From NCBI GenBank assembly GCA_034435835.1, contig DAOTWF010000030.1, forward strand, positions 69,069-133,068: a stretch of 64,000 nucleotides of DNA. The letters are read 5' to 3'. A program made the position numbers and the translations under genes. Below are positions 52,680 to 62,170 of the stretch, one piece after another. The notes beneath the pieces are model-generated. The model did no database searches. It was given only the letters and a program-made list of their open reading frames with translations, and was not told where the DNA came from. The stretch comes from Dehalococcoidia bacterium (GTDB taxonomy: Bacteria > Chloroflexota > Dehalococcoidia > GIF9 > UBA5629). How positions within the stretch are numbered: the first letter of the stretch is position 1; every line of letters starts with the position of its first letter.

Positions 52680-55355
52680 TCAACCCTTCCCAGATGAAAC
52701 CAGCTTCTTCACCAGCCCCAAAGCTTCGTCCAGCTTGCTGGCATCTCTGCCACCTGCCTGTGCCATCCCGGGCTTGCCACCGCCACCGCCTCCGGTGACC
52801 TCAGCCACCCGAGCCGCTATCTCTCCGGCATGCAGCCCCCGAGCCACCAGATCGCTGGTCACCATAGCCACAAACCCGGGTTTGCCATCATAGACTGTTC
52901 CCAGAACGATCACCGCGCTCCCGAGGCGCGCCTTAAGGAAGTCGCCTATCTCCCGCAAGGCTTGAGGGGAAGCTGAAGATACTCTAGCAGCGACCACCGT
53001 TATGCTGTCCACCTGCTCAGCCTTGGAAAGCAGTCCCTCAGCCACCAGCCGGGCAAGTTCCTTCTCCAATGCTATAGCCCGTTTGCGTTCTGCAGCCAGC
53101 TCGTCAAGCAGGGCTTCTGCCCTGACGGGTAGCTCTAGAGGCAAGCTTTTGAGCTTCTCTGCCGTGCTCCCCAGCACTTCAAGACAGCGCTCCACAAACT
53201 CTTCAGCCTGGCGCCCGGTCAGGGCTTCAATCCTCCTCAACCCAGTGCCAATACTGCTTTCTGAAGTAACCACGAAGAACCCTATCTCCCCCGTAGACCG
53301 CACGTGGGTGCCGCCACAAAGCTCAGCGCTTACCACAGGCTCACCGATCTCTACTACACGAACGGTGTCGCCATACTTTTCCGTGAAAAGCGCTATAGCA
53401 CCCTCGCTTATGGCCTGCTGATAGGAAACCGCTTTATACCTCACCGGCAGGTCCTGCCGGATTTTCTCGTTCACCGCATGCTGGATCTGGGCGAGTTCCT
53501 CTTTACTGAGAGGCACCAGGTGGGAAAAATCAAAGCGGAGCTCGTCAGGGCTCACCAGTGACCCCCTTTGAGAAACATGGCCACCTATTGTCTTTCTCAG
53601 GGCAAAGTGGAGCAGATGCGTGGCGGTGTGGTTACGGGCGATGTCAAGGCGCCGCTCTATATCCACACTGGCTTCCACCACCTCCCCAACCCTTATGACC
53701 CCCTTGGTGACCCTTCCAACATGCACTATCGCCCCCTCACCGAGGTTGCCAAACGGTGACCACACGGTATTGGTCACCTCCACCTCCCCTGAAGCGCTCA
53801 CAATCTTGCCGGCATCTCCCACCTGTCCTCCCATCTCACCGTAAAACGGTGTCTCCTCAAGCACCACTGCCACTTTATCGCCCTCTTTAGCCTCACCTAC
53901 CGAGCGACCATCATCCGCATCGAGCACATAGCTCACCCTAGAATTGGCTGTAAACTGCTCGTACCCCACAAACCTCGTCGGCGCGGGGATTATAGTAAGA
54001 GTGGCTTTCTCTCGTGCAACCCCCTTATCGCTGGCAAAAACAAATTTCTGACTTGCCCTGGCTCTTTCCCGTTGCTTCGCCATTTCAGCTTCGAAGCCGT
54101 GGATATCGACGTCGAGACCCTTGCTCCGGGCGATCTCAGCAGTGAGCTCCACCGGGAAACCGTAAGTATCCCAGAATTTGAATACGTCCTCCCCGGATAT
54201 GCAGCTTTTCGCTTCCTGCAAAGCTTTTTGGATGGCTTCATCGACTAGGTTTATCCCGGCATCCAGAGTACCTTCAAACTTCTCCTCCTCCACTTTGACC
54301 ACCTCTTCGATCAGGCTTCTGCTGCTCACCAGCTCCGGATAAATATGTCCCATCCTCTCTATCACACCCACAGCCATCTCGCTGAAGAACGGCCCATTTA
54401 CACCCAGCCTCCTGCCAAAGAAGCAGGCCCGCCGCAGTATACGCCGCAGCACATAGCCTCTGCCTTCATTGGAAGGCAATACTCCATCAGCAATCAGAAA
54501 TGCAACACCCCGACTGTGCTCGCATATAATGCGGATAGCCCTGTCAGCAGCTTCGTCCTTCCCGTAAACTACGCCGGCTATCTGACAGGCTTTCTCCCGC
54601 AGCGGCAGAAAGAGGTCTGTATCATACACAGAGGACACTCCTTGCATAACAGCGCTTATCCTCTCCAGACCCATCCCGGTATCTATGTTGGGCTTCGGCA
54701 GGCGAGTACGCTTGCCATCAGGGCTCTGATCGTATTCGGTAAACACCAGGTTCCAGACCTCGCAAAAACGTCCGCAATCGCAGCCTGGATTGCATTCAGC
54801 CCGTCCACAGCCCACCCCAATGCCGAAGTCATAATGAATTTCACTGCAGGGACCGCAGGGTCCCGAGTCCCCGGCGGGGCCCCAGAAATTGTCCTCCTCA
54901 CCCAGGCGCACTATTTTCTCCGCCGGAAACCCCACCTCTCGCCAGTAACGGAAAGCCTCGTCATCATCCAGATATATTGTGACCCACAAACGTTCAGGGG
55001 CTATCTTCATCCGCCCGGTGACGAACTCCCACGCCCAGGAAATAGCCTCTTTCTTGAAGTAGTCGCCCACGCTGAAATTTCCCAGCATCTCGAAAAACGT
55101 CAGGTGCTTAGCATCCCCCACTGAGTTGATGTCGGTGGTGCGGAAGCATTTCTGGCATGAAGCCAGACGCGGGCTGGGGGGCACCGCCAAGCCCAGAAAG
55201 TAGGGCTTTATCTGCACCATTCCCGCTGTGGTGAACAGCAGGGTGGGGTCACCATACGGAACCAGAGAGGAACTGGGGATGACCAGATGCCCCTTCTCTT
55301 CAAAGAAGTTCAAAAACGCCTTCCTTATCTCATCGCTTTTCATCCGCTTTGCCAT
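52680..55355 (-). CDS. alaS: Alanyl-tRNA synthetase
   Basis: The start is uncertain. MAKRMKSDEIRKAFLNFFEEKGH (55355) or MKSDE (55343) fits the family N-terminus better than the track's TTG at 55391. FTTAGMVQ, the editing-domain HTATHLL, and a C-terminal DHHA1-like GGGGGKPGMAQAGG are present. Confidence 0.9.
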   Translation of the reverse strand: MAKRMKSDEIRKAFLNFFEEKGHLVIPSSSLVPYGDPTLLFTTAGMVQIKPYFLGLAVPPSPRLASCQKCFRTTDINSVGDAKHLTFFEMLGNFSVGDYFKKEAISWAWEFVTGRMKIAPERLWVTIYLDDDEAFRYWREVGFPAEKIVRLGEEDNFWGPAGDSGPCGPCSEIHYDFGIGVGCGRAECNPGCDCGRFCEVWNLVFTEYDQSPDGKRTRLPKPNIDTGMGLERISAVMQGVSSVYDTDLFLPLREKACQIAGVVYGKDEAADRAIRIICEHSRGVAFLIADGVLPSNEGRGYVLRRILRRACFFGRRLGVNGPFFSEMAVGVIERMGHIYPELVSSRSLIEEVVKVEEEKFEGTLDAGINLVDEAIQKALQEAKSCISGEDVFKFWDTYGFPVELTAEIARSKGLDVDIHGFEAEMAKQRERARASQKFVFASDKGVAREKATLTIIPAPTRFVGYEQFTANSRVSYVLDADDGRSVGEAKEGDKVAVVLEETPFYGEMGGQVGDAGKIVSASGEVEVTNTVWSPFGNLGEGAIVHVGRVTKGVIRVGEVVEASVDIERRLDIARNHTATHLLHFALRKTIGGHVSQRGSLVSPDELRFDFSHLVPLSKEELAQIQHAVNEKIRQDLPVRYKAVSYQQAISEGAIALFTEKYGDTVRVVEIGEPVVSAELCGGTHVRSTGEIGFFVVTSESSIGTGLRRIEALTGRQAEEFVERCLEVLGSTAEKLKSLPLELPVRAEALLDELAAERKRAIALEKELARLVAEGLLSKAEQVDSITVVAARVSSASPQALREIGDFLKARLGSAVIVLGTVYDGKPGFVAMVTSDLVARGLHAGEIAARVAEVTGGGGGGKPGMAQAGGRDASKLDEALGLVKKLVSSGKG

Positions 55356-55427
55356 CTTCTGGATTTTAGAGTACTCCACCCCTGCTGTCAACGCAGCTAA
55401 CGGGAACTCTCATATTTTCGGCAATTG

Positions 55428-55436
55428 TGCTAAAAT
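55428..55436 (+). promoter_or_regulatory. Candidate extended -10 element (TGcTAAAAT) upstream of the first FmdB-like gene
   Basis: TGCTAAAAT ends 13 nt before the ATG at 55450, and no SD sequence lies between them. This would imply a very short leader. Motif match only. Confidence 0.3.
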
Positions 55437-55449
55437 GCAGTAAAGTATT

Positions 55450-55818
55450 ATGCCGATCTACGAGTACTGGTGCTACGATTGTCAGAAAAAGGTGTCCTTC
55501 CTGCAGATGGCATCATCTGGGGTAACGCCTTCATGCCCACAATGCGGCAGCCAGAACCTGCACCGACTTTTTTCCACATTCGCTGTGCGTAAGACATACA
55601 AAGACATCTATGAAGACATACTTTCTGATACCAGCCTGACCAAGGGCATGCTAGCAAACGACCCCAGGGCACTGGCGGAATGGAACAGGAGGATCAGCCG
55701 GGACGAACCGGTGGCTCCTGAATACCAGGAGATGCTGGAGAGGATGGAAAAAGGAGAGATGCCTGATACGAAGCCCGGCACTGGTATCACCTCACAAAAG
55801 CAGGGTCGTGAGGGGTGA
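55450..55818 (+). CDS. FmdB-family zinc-ribbon protein (CxxC...CxxC)
   Basis: 122 aa. MPIYEYWCYDCQKK...SCPQCGS is the FmdB/CxxC_CxxC_SSSS signature. An acidic tail follows. Confidence 0.75.
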   Translation: MPIYEYWCYDCQKKVSFLQMASSGVTPSCPQCGSQNLHRLFSTFAVRKTYKDIYEDILSDTSLTKGMLANDPRALAEWNRRISRDEPVAPEYQEMLERMEKGEMPDTKPGTGITSQKQGREG

Positions 55819-55825
55819 CAGACTT

Positions 55826-56197
55826 ATGCCCATCTATGAATACTTCTGTCCCGCCTGCGGCAAAAAAAGCAGCGTCCTAATAAAAAGCCACACAGCCACT
55901 TTTGTGCCCAGATGCAGTCATTGTGGCAGCGCCGAACTCAGGCGTCTCCTATCCACCTTCGCCTACCACAGGTCCCTAAACAGTATCCATGAAGAAAGCG
56001 GCGAGCCTAGCCGTCCCGGACCTGACTACTACAAAGACCCGCGCAATATAGGCAGATGGGTGGAAGAAAAGTTCAAGGACATGGGCATGGAACTACCGAG
56101 CCATCTCAAGCAGAAGATCGAAGCCGCAAGGGAAGGTGTGCTGCCAGACTCACTGAAGGACCTTCAAAGTGCCTCACCAGACACTGCGTATCATTGA
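55826..56197 (+). CDS. FmdB-family zinc-ribbon protein, tandem paralogue
   Basis: I prefer the ATG at 55826 (MPIYEYFCPACGKK...RCSHCGS) with a GAGGGG RBS; the track start at 55808 adds 6 residues. Confidence 0.75.
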   Translation: MPIYEYFCPACGKKSSVLIKSHTATFVPRCSHCGSAELRRLLSTFAYHRSLNSIHEESGEPSRPGPDYYKDPRNIGRWVEEKFKDMGMELPSHLKQKIEAAREGVLPDSLKDLQSASPDTAYH

Positions 56198-57230
56198 TGC
56201 CAATTGCAACCGTATCAGTGAGGGGCTGCGCGTCCTTGAGGACATAGCCCGCTTCATCCTCAACAATCAGCCCCTGAATCACCAGCTCAAAGCCCTGCGC
56301 CACGACCTGGTTAAAAGGCTAACCAGCCTTGGCACTGGTCTCATCACTGCCAGAGATACGGATACAGACGTGGGCACCGCTGGCATCCACACATCGACGC
56401 AAGCTGACCTCGCTGCCCTTGTAGCGGCGAACGCCAAGCGTGTCGAGGAGGCATTGAGGGTGGTTGAAGAAATGGCAAAACTGCCCGAAATCAGTAGGCA
56501 GCTAGACTCTAGAACTTTTGAAACAGCCCGTTTCGCTCTGTATGCACTGGAGAAAGAACTCCTGTCCAGGCTGCTCCGCCATGACAAGGTTTCCCGTCTC
56601 AGAGGACTGTATGTCATCATCGATGCCGAAACGCTGGGCTACAGGGATGAAACGAAAGTCGCCGCCCAGGCAATCAGCGGCGGTGCCAGCACTATCCAGC
56701 TCCGTGATAAAAAACGGAGCAAACGGGAACTCCTCCACCTTGCCCGTGAAATCAACGAACTGTGCCGCAATTCCAATACCCTTTTTATAATAAACGACCA
56801 TCTCGACATCGCGCTGGTGGTGGAATGCGATGGGTTGCACATTGGGCAGGAAGACCTGCCCATATCTCTGATAAGGCGAGAACTGCAGGTGGAAAAACTG
56901 ATCGGCATCTCCACACGCACCACCGAGCAGGCTGCGGACGCCCAAGCACAGGGCGCCGACTACATCGCAGTCGGCTCCGTCTACACATCGCCCACCAAAC
57001 CGGATGCTCCGGTGATAGGACTAGCAGAACTGCGCAAAATAAGACAGGCGGTGAACCTGCCCATAGTCGCCATCGGCGGTATCAACCGGGAAAACATCAG
57101 AGATGTTATGGCAACAGGGGCAGAAGCAGCGGCGGTGATCAGCGCCGTTATCACACAGGAAGACATAGAACGGGCAACGCGCATTCTGGTGAAAGAAATT
57201 GGAGCCACGAAAAGCCACCTGGAATCTTGA
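56169..57230 (+). CDS. thiE: Thiamine-phosphate synthase with a ~135-aa N-terminal extension domain
   Basis: 353 aa with a GTG start. The C-terminal ~215 aa are ThiE (LYVIIDAE..., ASTIQLRDK, DGLHIGQEDL, ADYIAVGSVYTSPTK, IVAIGGI). The N-terminal region (LRIIDANCNRISEGLRVLEDIARF) is a separate helical domain. Confidence 0.85.
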   Translation: MPHQTLRIIDANCNRISEGLRVLEDIARFILNNQPLNHQLKALRHDLVKRLTSLGTGLITARDTDTDVGTAGIHTSTQADLAALVAANAKRVEEALRVVEEMAKLPEISRQLDSRTFETARFALYALEKELLSRLLRHDKVSRLRGLYVIIDAETLGYRDETKVAAQAISGGASTIQLRDKKRSKRELLHLAREINELCRNSNTLFIINDHLDIALVVECDGLHIGQEDLPISLIRRELQVEKLIGISTRTTEQAADAQAQGADYIAVGSVYTSPTKPDAPVIGLAELRKIRQAVNLPIVAIGGINRENIRDVMATGAEAAAVISAVITQEDIERATRILVKEIGATKSHLES

Positions 57231-57843
57231 GACCATAGCCGAGCGGGCACACGCACTATTCACGGCGAAGGACGCCGCTAGAGAAGAGGCGCTGCGCCTC
57301 TGTCGCGAGACAATCCGTCATAGCGCCCTGGCAATCCGCTCCATACACCGCCATGATGAACAGGGGGCACGCAGAAACCTGGCTGCAGCCAGAAGCCTGC
57401 TTCAGGAACTGGGACACAAGACCAGCAAACACGATGACCTGGCACAAACTGGCTTCGTTCACGACGCCCAGAAGGAGCTGGCAGAGGCTGCTCTGGTTTT
57501 AGCCATCATCACACAGCAGCCATTGCCCGACCCGGAGGGACTGAAGGTGAGCTATCCCGCCTACTTCAATGGCCTGGGGGAGGCAGTGGGGGAGCTCAGG
57601 CGCTACCTTCTCGACCGTCTCCGACAGAACGATTTTTCCAGGTCTCAAGAACTCCTGGAGGCGATGGAGGATATTTACGATACATTGATGACCATGGACT
57701 TCCCCGATGCTATAACTTGGGGGCTGAGGAGGATAACCGATAACGTCCGGGGTATACTGGAGAAGACCCGCGGCGACCTAACCCTTGCCCTCCGTCAGAA
57801 GGACCTGGAGAGCAAACTGGAAAAAATAGACCGCAACCTCTAG
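57199..57843 (+). CDS. Translin-family protein (COG2178-like predicted nucleic-acid-binding protein)
   Basis: 214 aa with a TTG start that overlaps the thiE end. AREEALRLCRETIRHSALAIRSIH, DAQKELAEA, GLGEAVGELRRY, MDFPDAI and LEKTRGDLT follow the archaeal translin-like pattern as I recall it. Confidence 0.65.
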   Translation: MEPRKATWNLETIAERAHALFTAKDAAREEALRLCRETIRHSALAIRSIHRHDEQGARRNLAAARSLLQELGHKTSKHDDLAQTGFVHDAQKELAEAALVLAIITQQPLPDPEGLKVSYPAYFNGLGEAVGELRRYLLDRLRQNDFSRSQELLEAMEDIYDTLMTMDFPDAITWGLRRITDNVRGILEKTRGDLTLALRQKDLESKLEKIDRNL

Positions 57844-57864
57844 TCAAATCCGCCACACATAGTA

Positions 57865-57904
57865 CAGGGCTCAAGCCAGTATCTTCACACCGACCTGAGC
57901 CCTG
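57865..57904. terminator. Inverted repeat between convergent genes (9-bp stem, 22-nt loop); a possible bidirectional transcript-end structure with no U tract
   Basis: CAGGGCTCA-N22-TGAGCCCTG lies between the translin-like stop (57843) and the thiolase stop (57926). Confidence 0.3.
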
Positions 57905-57925
57905 ACCTCAAACCAAAACTATCTA

Positions 57926-59167
57926 CTACGCCTTCTCAATTATTGTGGCTATGCCCTGCCCCAGACCGACGCACATGGTGAGCAGCCCGTACTTCACATT
58001 GTTCTGCTCCATGCCATTGACCGCGGTAGTCAGTATCTTGACGCCGGACTCACCCAGCGGATGTCCCAGAGCGATGGCGCCGCCGTGAGGGTTAATCCTG
58101 GGGTCATTCCACGGTATACCCATTTCCTTAGCCCAGGCAATGACCACAGAAGCAAAGGCTTCGTTGACCTCAAACCAGCCAATGTCTGATAGTTTCATGC
58201 CAGAACGCTTTAGCACCTTCTGCGTGGCTGGGATAGGTCCGGTCAACTGGTATGGTCCAGGGTTGACCCCGAGTACGCATATGCGGTCAGCCCTCAAATA
58301 AGCGCGCGGCTTTAGCCCGAGTTCTTTAGCTTTCTCCACGCTCATAAGCAGAGCAGCAGCAGCACCATCGCTTATCGGAGCCGAATTGGCTGCCGTCACT
58401 TTACCCTGCGTGATACCCATAAATGGCGGCGGAATGAACGCTGGCGGCAAGGTTTTCATCTTCTCACGGTCGAGGTCGAACCTGATCGTCTCATCGACCT
58501 CCACAACCTTGACCGTCCCATCTTCCATCCTTACCGGTATGGGAACGATCTCGTTCTTGAATTTCCCTTCCTTGGTCGCCTTTATTGCCTTCTCCTGACT
58601 CCAGTAACCAAAGTCGTCCAGCTCCTCCCTCGAGATATTCCACTTTTGGGCAATGGCTTCCGCTGACTGTCCCATATTGCAGGCACCGCCATGTTTATTG
58701 AAAGCATCTATCAGCCCCTGAACCATATAATCAGGCGGCACAGGTGCCCCGGTGGCTGACTGCGCTGGCGGCGGCTGTACTTCTTTCCTCACCTGCCAGT
58801 CACGGGACATAGCTTCGACACCGCAGGCTATAGTGACGTCGGCATAGCCGGTCAATACCTCCATAACGGCAAAATGAAGGGCGGTATGCGACCCGGCGCA
58901 CTGCCGGTTTACCTGGCAGCCAGCCACCTCGGGAGGAAATCCTGCCGCAAGGGCAGCAGTTCTACCGGAATTATGGGGGCGGTCCGAAGTACCACAGATG
59001 ATATCCTCCACTATACTGGGATTTATGCCGGTGCGCTTTATCAACGCCTGCAAACAATGAGCCAGAAGCTCATCCGGCATTACCCGGCAGATGTCCGAAT
59101 ACCTCCTCTGGGTACGAATGCCCACAGGTGACCTCACCACGTCAATCACGGCTACCTCATTTCTCAT
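57926..59167 (-). CDS. Thiolase-family acyl-CoA acetyl/acyltransferase
   Basis: 413 aa with an AGGAGG RBS. VNRQCAGSHTAL contains the candidate nucleophile Cys. NPHGGAIALGHPLGESG and the C-terminal MCVGLGQGIATIIE are thiolase signatures. An unusual Pro-rich insert (PPPAQSATGAPVPPD) is present. Confidence 0.8.
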   Translation of the reverse strand: MRNEVAVIDVVRSPVGIRTQRRYSDICRVMPDELLAHCLQALIKRTGINPSIVEDIICGTSDRPHNSGRTAALAAGFPPEVAGCQVNRQCAGSHTALHFAVMEVLTGYADVTIACGVEAMSRDWQVRKEVQPPPAQSATGAPVPPDYMVQGLIDAFNKHGGACNMGQSAEAIAQKWNISREELDDFGYWSQEKAIKATKEGKFKNEIVPIPVRMEDGTVKVVEVDETIRFDLDREKMKTLPPAFIPPPFMGITQGKVTAANSAPISDGAAAALLMSVEKAKELGLKPRAYLRADRICVLGVNPGPYQLTGPIPATQKVLKRSGMKLSDIGWFEVNEAFASVVIAWAKEMGIPWNDPRINPHGGAIALGHPLGESGVKILTTAVNGMEQNNVKYGLLTMCVGLGQGIATIIEKA

Positions 59168-59299
59168 TTCTCCTCCTTATTTGATATTTGATTAGTTTGG
59201 ATGGAGATAGAATCCAACGGACTCTATCCCACAAAAGGCGCAAACATAAGTTTATAACAGCACTCCCTGGCTGTCAAACAGACTGAACTACTACACGGC

Positions 59300-59328
59300 T
59301 TGACAAGTGCTGAGACATAGGATACCAT
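59300..59328 (+). promoter_or_regulatory. Candidate promoter for the liv-type transporter operon (TTGACA-N17-TACCAT)
   Basis: TTGACAagtgctgagacataggaTACCAT leaves a ~150-nt leader before the ATG at 59484. Motif match only. Confidence 0.4.
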
Positions 59329-59483
59329 ATGCCCTAACGTTTCAGCCCAGCAAGACTAGCAACAATAGCAAACTCTTGGAAACGCTACAGTGGGATCTTG
59401 CCCTGTGTAGAAGAGCGACTATGAGAAAAGAGGCGTTGCTTACGCAATTGGCATCTCAAAAATAACAAGCGGGGGAAATCACT

Positions 59484-60368
59484 ATGCTCGCTACAACAAG
59501 CACGGTGCTCCTTTATACTTTTCTGCTGGGTTCCCTCTATCTCTTGGTCTCCCTCGGTTTCTCCTTGATCACAGGCGTCCTTAAAATATTCCACTTCGGG
59601 TACGGTTACCTTTTCATCGGTGCCATCTATTTCACCTGGATGTTTATGGACATATTCCACTTGCCCCTTGGTTGGGCAATACTCGCCATGTTCGCCTTGC
59701 AAGCAGTGCTGGCATTCGTCCTCTACAAATTCATCCTGGTGCCCTTCAGGTTCAAGCAGGACGAAGAATTTATGTTCGTGATGACAGTCATCTTCATAGC
59801 GCTCATTCTGCAGCTCGGCGCCGACGTTTTTTACCCCGTCTATAAGGGTGTTTATCTGGAGACAACGGTATTCCCCGGCACCTCTCAAATCGGTCCCATA
59901 ACTGTGTCCAACCAGCTCCTCTTTGCCGCCGGCGTGGGGATAATACTGACCCTTCTCTTCGTCGTCTTTTTCACCAGAACTAAAATGGGGCTGGCGGTCC
60001 GTGCCATATCCTACGATGTATATTCCAGCCGCATTTTAGGGATAAACGTAGAACAGCTCTTCATGATCGTCTTCCTGATGACCATCATCCCGCCGATAGT
60101 TGCCATCCTCACCGTGGCACCGATCTGGGCTATCGACTCCAGCATAGGGCAGGCTTATCTGGGTATTGCCATATTGATAGCCGTCCTCGGCGGCTTAGGC
60201 AACCTCAAAGGCACCATCATAGCCAGCTATCTGATTGCTTTCTGCCATGCCTTCGTTGCCTTTGCCATCGGTGAGCCAAGACTCATGAGTTTAGCAGCAC
60301 TAATTGTGGTATTTATCGTGCTGATTGTGAGACCGCAAGGCATCATCAGTACCAAGAGCGTCTGGTGA
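59484..60368 (+). CDS. livH: Branched-chain-amino-acid-type (HAAT family) ABC transporter permease, LivH-like
   Basis: 294 aa and polytopic. The C-terminal half (GINVEQLFMIVF...GGLGNLKGTIIAS) is LivH-like. Confidence 0.8.
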   Translation: MLATTSTVLLYTFLLGSLYLLVSLGFSLITGVLKIFHFGYGYLFIGAIYFTWMFMDIFHLPLGWAILAMFALQAVLAFVLYKFILVPFRFKQDEEFMFVMTVIFIALILQLGADVFYPVYKGVYLETTVFPGTSQIGPITVSNQLLFAAGVGIILTLLFVVFFTRTKMGLAVRAISYDVYSSRILGINVEQLFMIVFLMTIIPPIVAILTVAPIWAIDSSIGQAYLGIAILIAVLGGLGNLKGTIIASYLIAFCHAFVAFAIGEPRLMSLAALIVVFIVLIVRPQGIISTKSVW

Positions 60369-60377
60369 GGTGAAGTT

Positions 60378-61415
60378 ATGAAAGTCATTGAATGGGAACG
60401 AGATAGGATCATATTCCGCTTCTTCGGCGTGAAGTGGGACTGGACTATCGAGCCCGGATACTGGCGCCCCCACATCATCGGCATCGGCATCCTTGTTGCC
60501 ACGCCCGTTATCCTCTATTTTGTCTATCCGCCCTTGCTGGCTACATTTATCGAGGGCAGTCTGCTCCCCTGTATTGTCCTCCCAATAATACTGATGCTCA
60601 TTGGAACAGGGAGGTTCAACTTCGGTCCCCAGTTCTTCGTCGGCGTCGGTGGTTTCACCGCTGGCTTACTCAGTATCCATCTCGGACTGGGACCGGGAAT
60701 CACGCTGCTGGCTGCCGCAGCTGCTGGGCTGCTCACCGGCTTGATTTTCAGCCCACTCACACTCCTTGCCGGTGGCATTTACTTCGCTTTACTGACACTA
60801 CTCTTACCCCTCATTTTTCTTGAGGTCACTTTTGTCTTTGGCATCTTCAAAGGCGACACGGGCATCGCCGGTATCCCCTTTCTGGTGAACTTACCCAATT
60901 TTACACTCAGCCAGCTCCTTTATGCCTTCATCGCATTGGCTCTCATGCTGATATACCTGGCTATTACAGACAGGGTTCTCCAGTCTCGTTATGCCCTCCA
61001 GATGGCAGCCATCAACGATGACGAAGAGGTCGCCAACAGCTTGGGCGTGAACATAAGCCGCATCAAGATAATCTCCTTTGTGGGACCAGCGGTAATGATT
61101 TCCATAGTGGGCTGGTTCTATGCCCATTACTTCGGCGCCTTCTCTGGCATCACCTACCTCCCCATGACCTTCATGATGAAGGTATTCATGGCGCTGGTAA
61201 TTGGCGGCCGTGGCGCCTGGGCAATAGTCCTTGGCAGCTATGTGGTAACGCTCATTGAGATGCTGCTCATACGCTTTGCCGGTGACCTTTCACCAATACT
61301 GTTCCCTATAATCATGTTGACGCTACTGCTTATTTTCCGCGAGGAAGGTCTATTCGGCCTTTACCGCAAGAGACATTATCGGGATTACAAGCCGCGCTTC
61401 AAAATTACAAAATAA
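60378..61415 (+). CDS. livM: HAAT-family ABC transporter permease, LivM-like
   Basis: 345 aa and polytopic. MAAINDDEEVANSLGVN and VIGGRG are LivM-like. Confidence 0.8.
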   Translation: MKVIEWERDRIIFRFFGVKWDWTIEPGYWRPHIIGIGILVATPVILYFVYPPLLATFIEGSLLPCIVLPIILMLIGTGRFNFGPQFFVGVGGFTAGLLSIHLGLGPGITLLAAAAAGLLTGLIFSPLTLLAGGIYFALLTLLLPLIFLEVTFVFGIFKGDTGIAGIPFLVNLPNFTLSQLLYAFIALALMLIYLAITDRVLQSRYALQMAAINDDEEVANSLGVNISRIKIISFVGPAVMISIVGWFYAHYFGAFSGITYLPMTFMMKVFMALVIGGRGAWAIVLGSYVVTLIEMLLIRFAGDLSPILFPIIMLTLLLIFREEGLFGLYRKRHYRDYKPRFKITK

Positions 61416-61426
61416 GGGGCAGATAA

Positions 61427-62170
61427 ATGGCTAAAGAACTGCTCAAAGTCACCGATGTCTACAAGAGTTTCGGCGGCCTAACCGCGGTGAACGGCGTCAG
61501 CTTCTCCATCTACGAGGGAGAGACCGTAGGGCTCATGGGTCCCAACGGTGCCGGGAAGACCACGCTGGTAAATCTGATCTCAGGCACTCTTCCCGTGGAC
61601 TCTGGCAAGATCGAGTTCACTGGAGTCGATATCACCAACCTGCCACCGTGGAAGCGCTGTAAACTGGGGCTCGCTCGCACCTATCAAATACCACGGCCCT
61701 TCCCGGGACTGCTGACTTCAGCGAACATAATTGTCGGCGCTCTCTGTGGTAAAGACATGACGGAACGGAGCCTCATGGACGCCGCGGCAGAGGCAATACA
61801 CTATCTGGAAATCGTCGGCTTGTTCCATAAAAGGAACGTCAAAGCTGAGGAGCTCTCCCTCTACGAGCTCAGGCTCCTGGAATTGGCGCGGGCTCTGGCA
61901 ACAACACCAAAGCTAATTCTTCTCGATGAGGTGGTGGCCGGGCTAAACCCCGCCGAGGCTGAAGAGGCGATAAAACTCGTAGAACGTATAAAAGACTACT
62001 TCGGCGTTACCGTACTCTGGATCGAGCATGTCATGGCGGTATTGATGAAGGCTGCTAACCGCGTCATCGTCTTGCATTATGGCCAGAAAATAGCCGAGGG
62101 CACCCCGCAGGACGTGGCCCGTAATCCACAGGTGATAGAAGCATATCTAGGAGAAGAGGTCAATGTTTGA
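61427..62170 (+). CDS. livG: HAAT-family ABC transporter ATP-binding protein, LivG-like
   Basis: 247 aa. Walker A is [19 protein letters not shown] is LivG-like. The Walker B region is [11 protein letters not shown], with a C-terminal VIEAYLG. Confidence 0.88.
   Translation: MAKELLKVTDVYKSFGGLTAVNGVSFSIYEGETVGLMGPNGAGKTTLVNLISGTLPVDSGKIEFTGVDITNLPPWKRCKLGLARTYQIPRPFPGLLTSANIIVGALCGKDMTERSLMDAAAEAIHYLEIVGLFHKRNVKAEELSLYELRLLELARALATTPKLILLDEVVAGLNPAEAEEAIKLVERIKDYFGVTVLWIEHVMAVLMKAANRVIVLHYGQKIAEGTPQDVARNPQVIEAYLGEEVNV

Noticed and set aside
55392-56168. A TPP riboswitch upstream of thiE, or a T-box upstream of alaS or aspS.
   Set aside because: thiE is directly preceded by coding sequence. 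The alaS and aspS leaders implied by the candidate promoters are too short for a T-box (aspS about 20 nt). I saw no conserved CUGAGA/ACCUGA-type TPP elements or T-box sequence.
59385-59888. A 167-aa minus-strand ORF across the liv promoter region and the 5' end of livH. A 14-codon uORF (59421..59465) in the liv leader was also considered as a possible attenuator peptide.
   Set aside because: The 167-aa ORF is antisense to a clear LivH permease. The uORF (MRKEALLTQLASQK) has no run of regulatory Leu/Ile/Val codons and no obvious alternative terminator/antiterminator hairpins. I also saw no T-box or riboswitch features in the leader.
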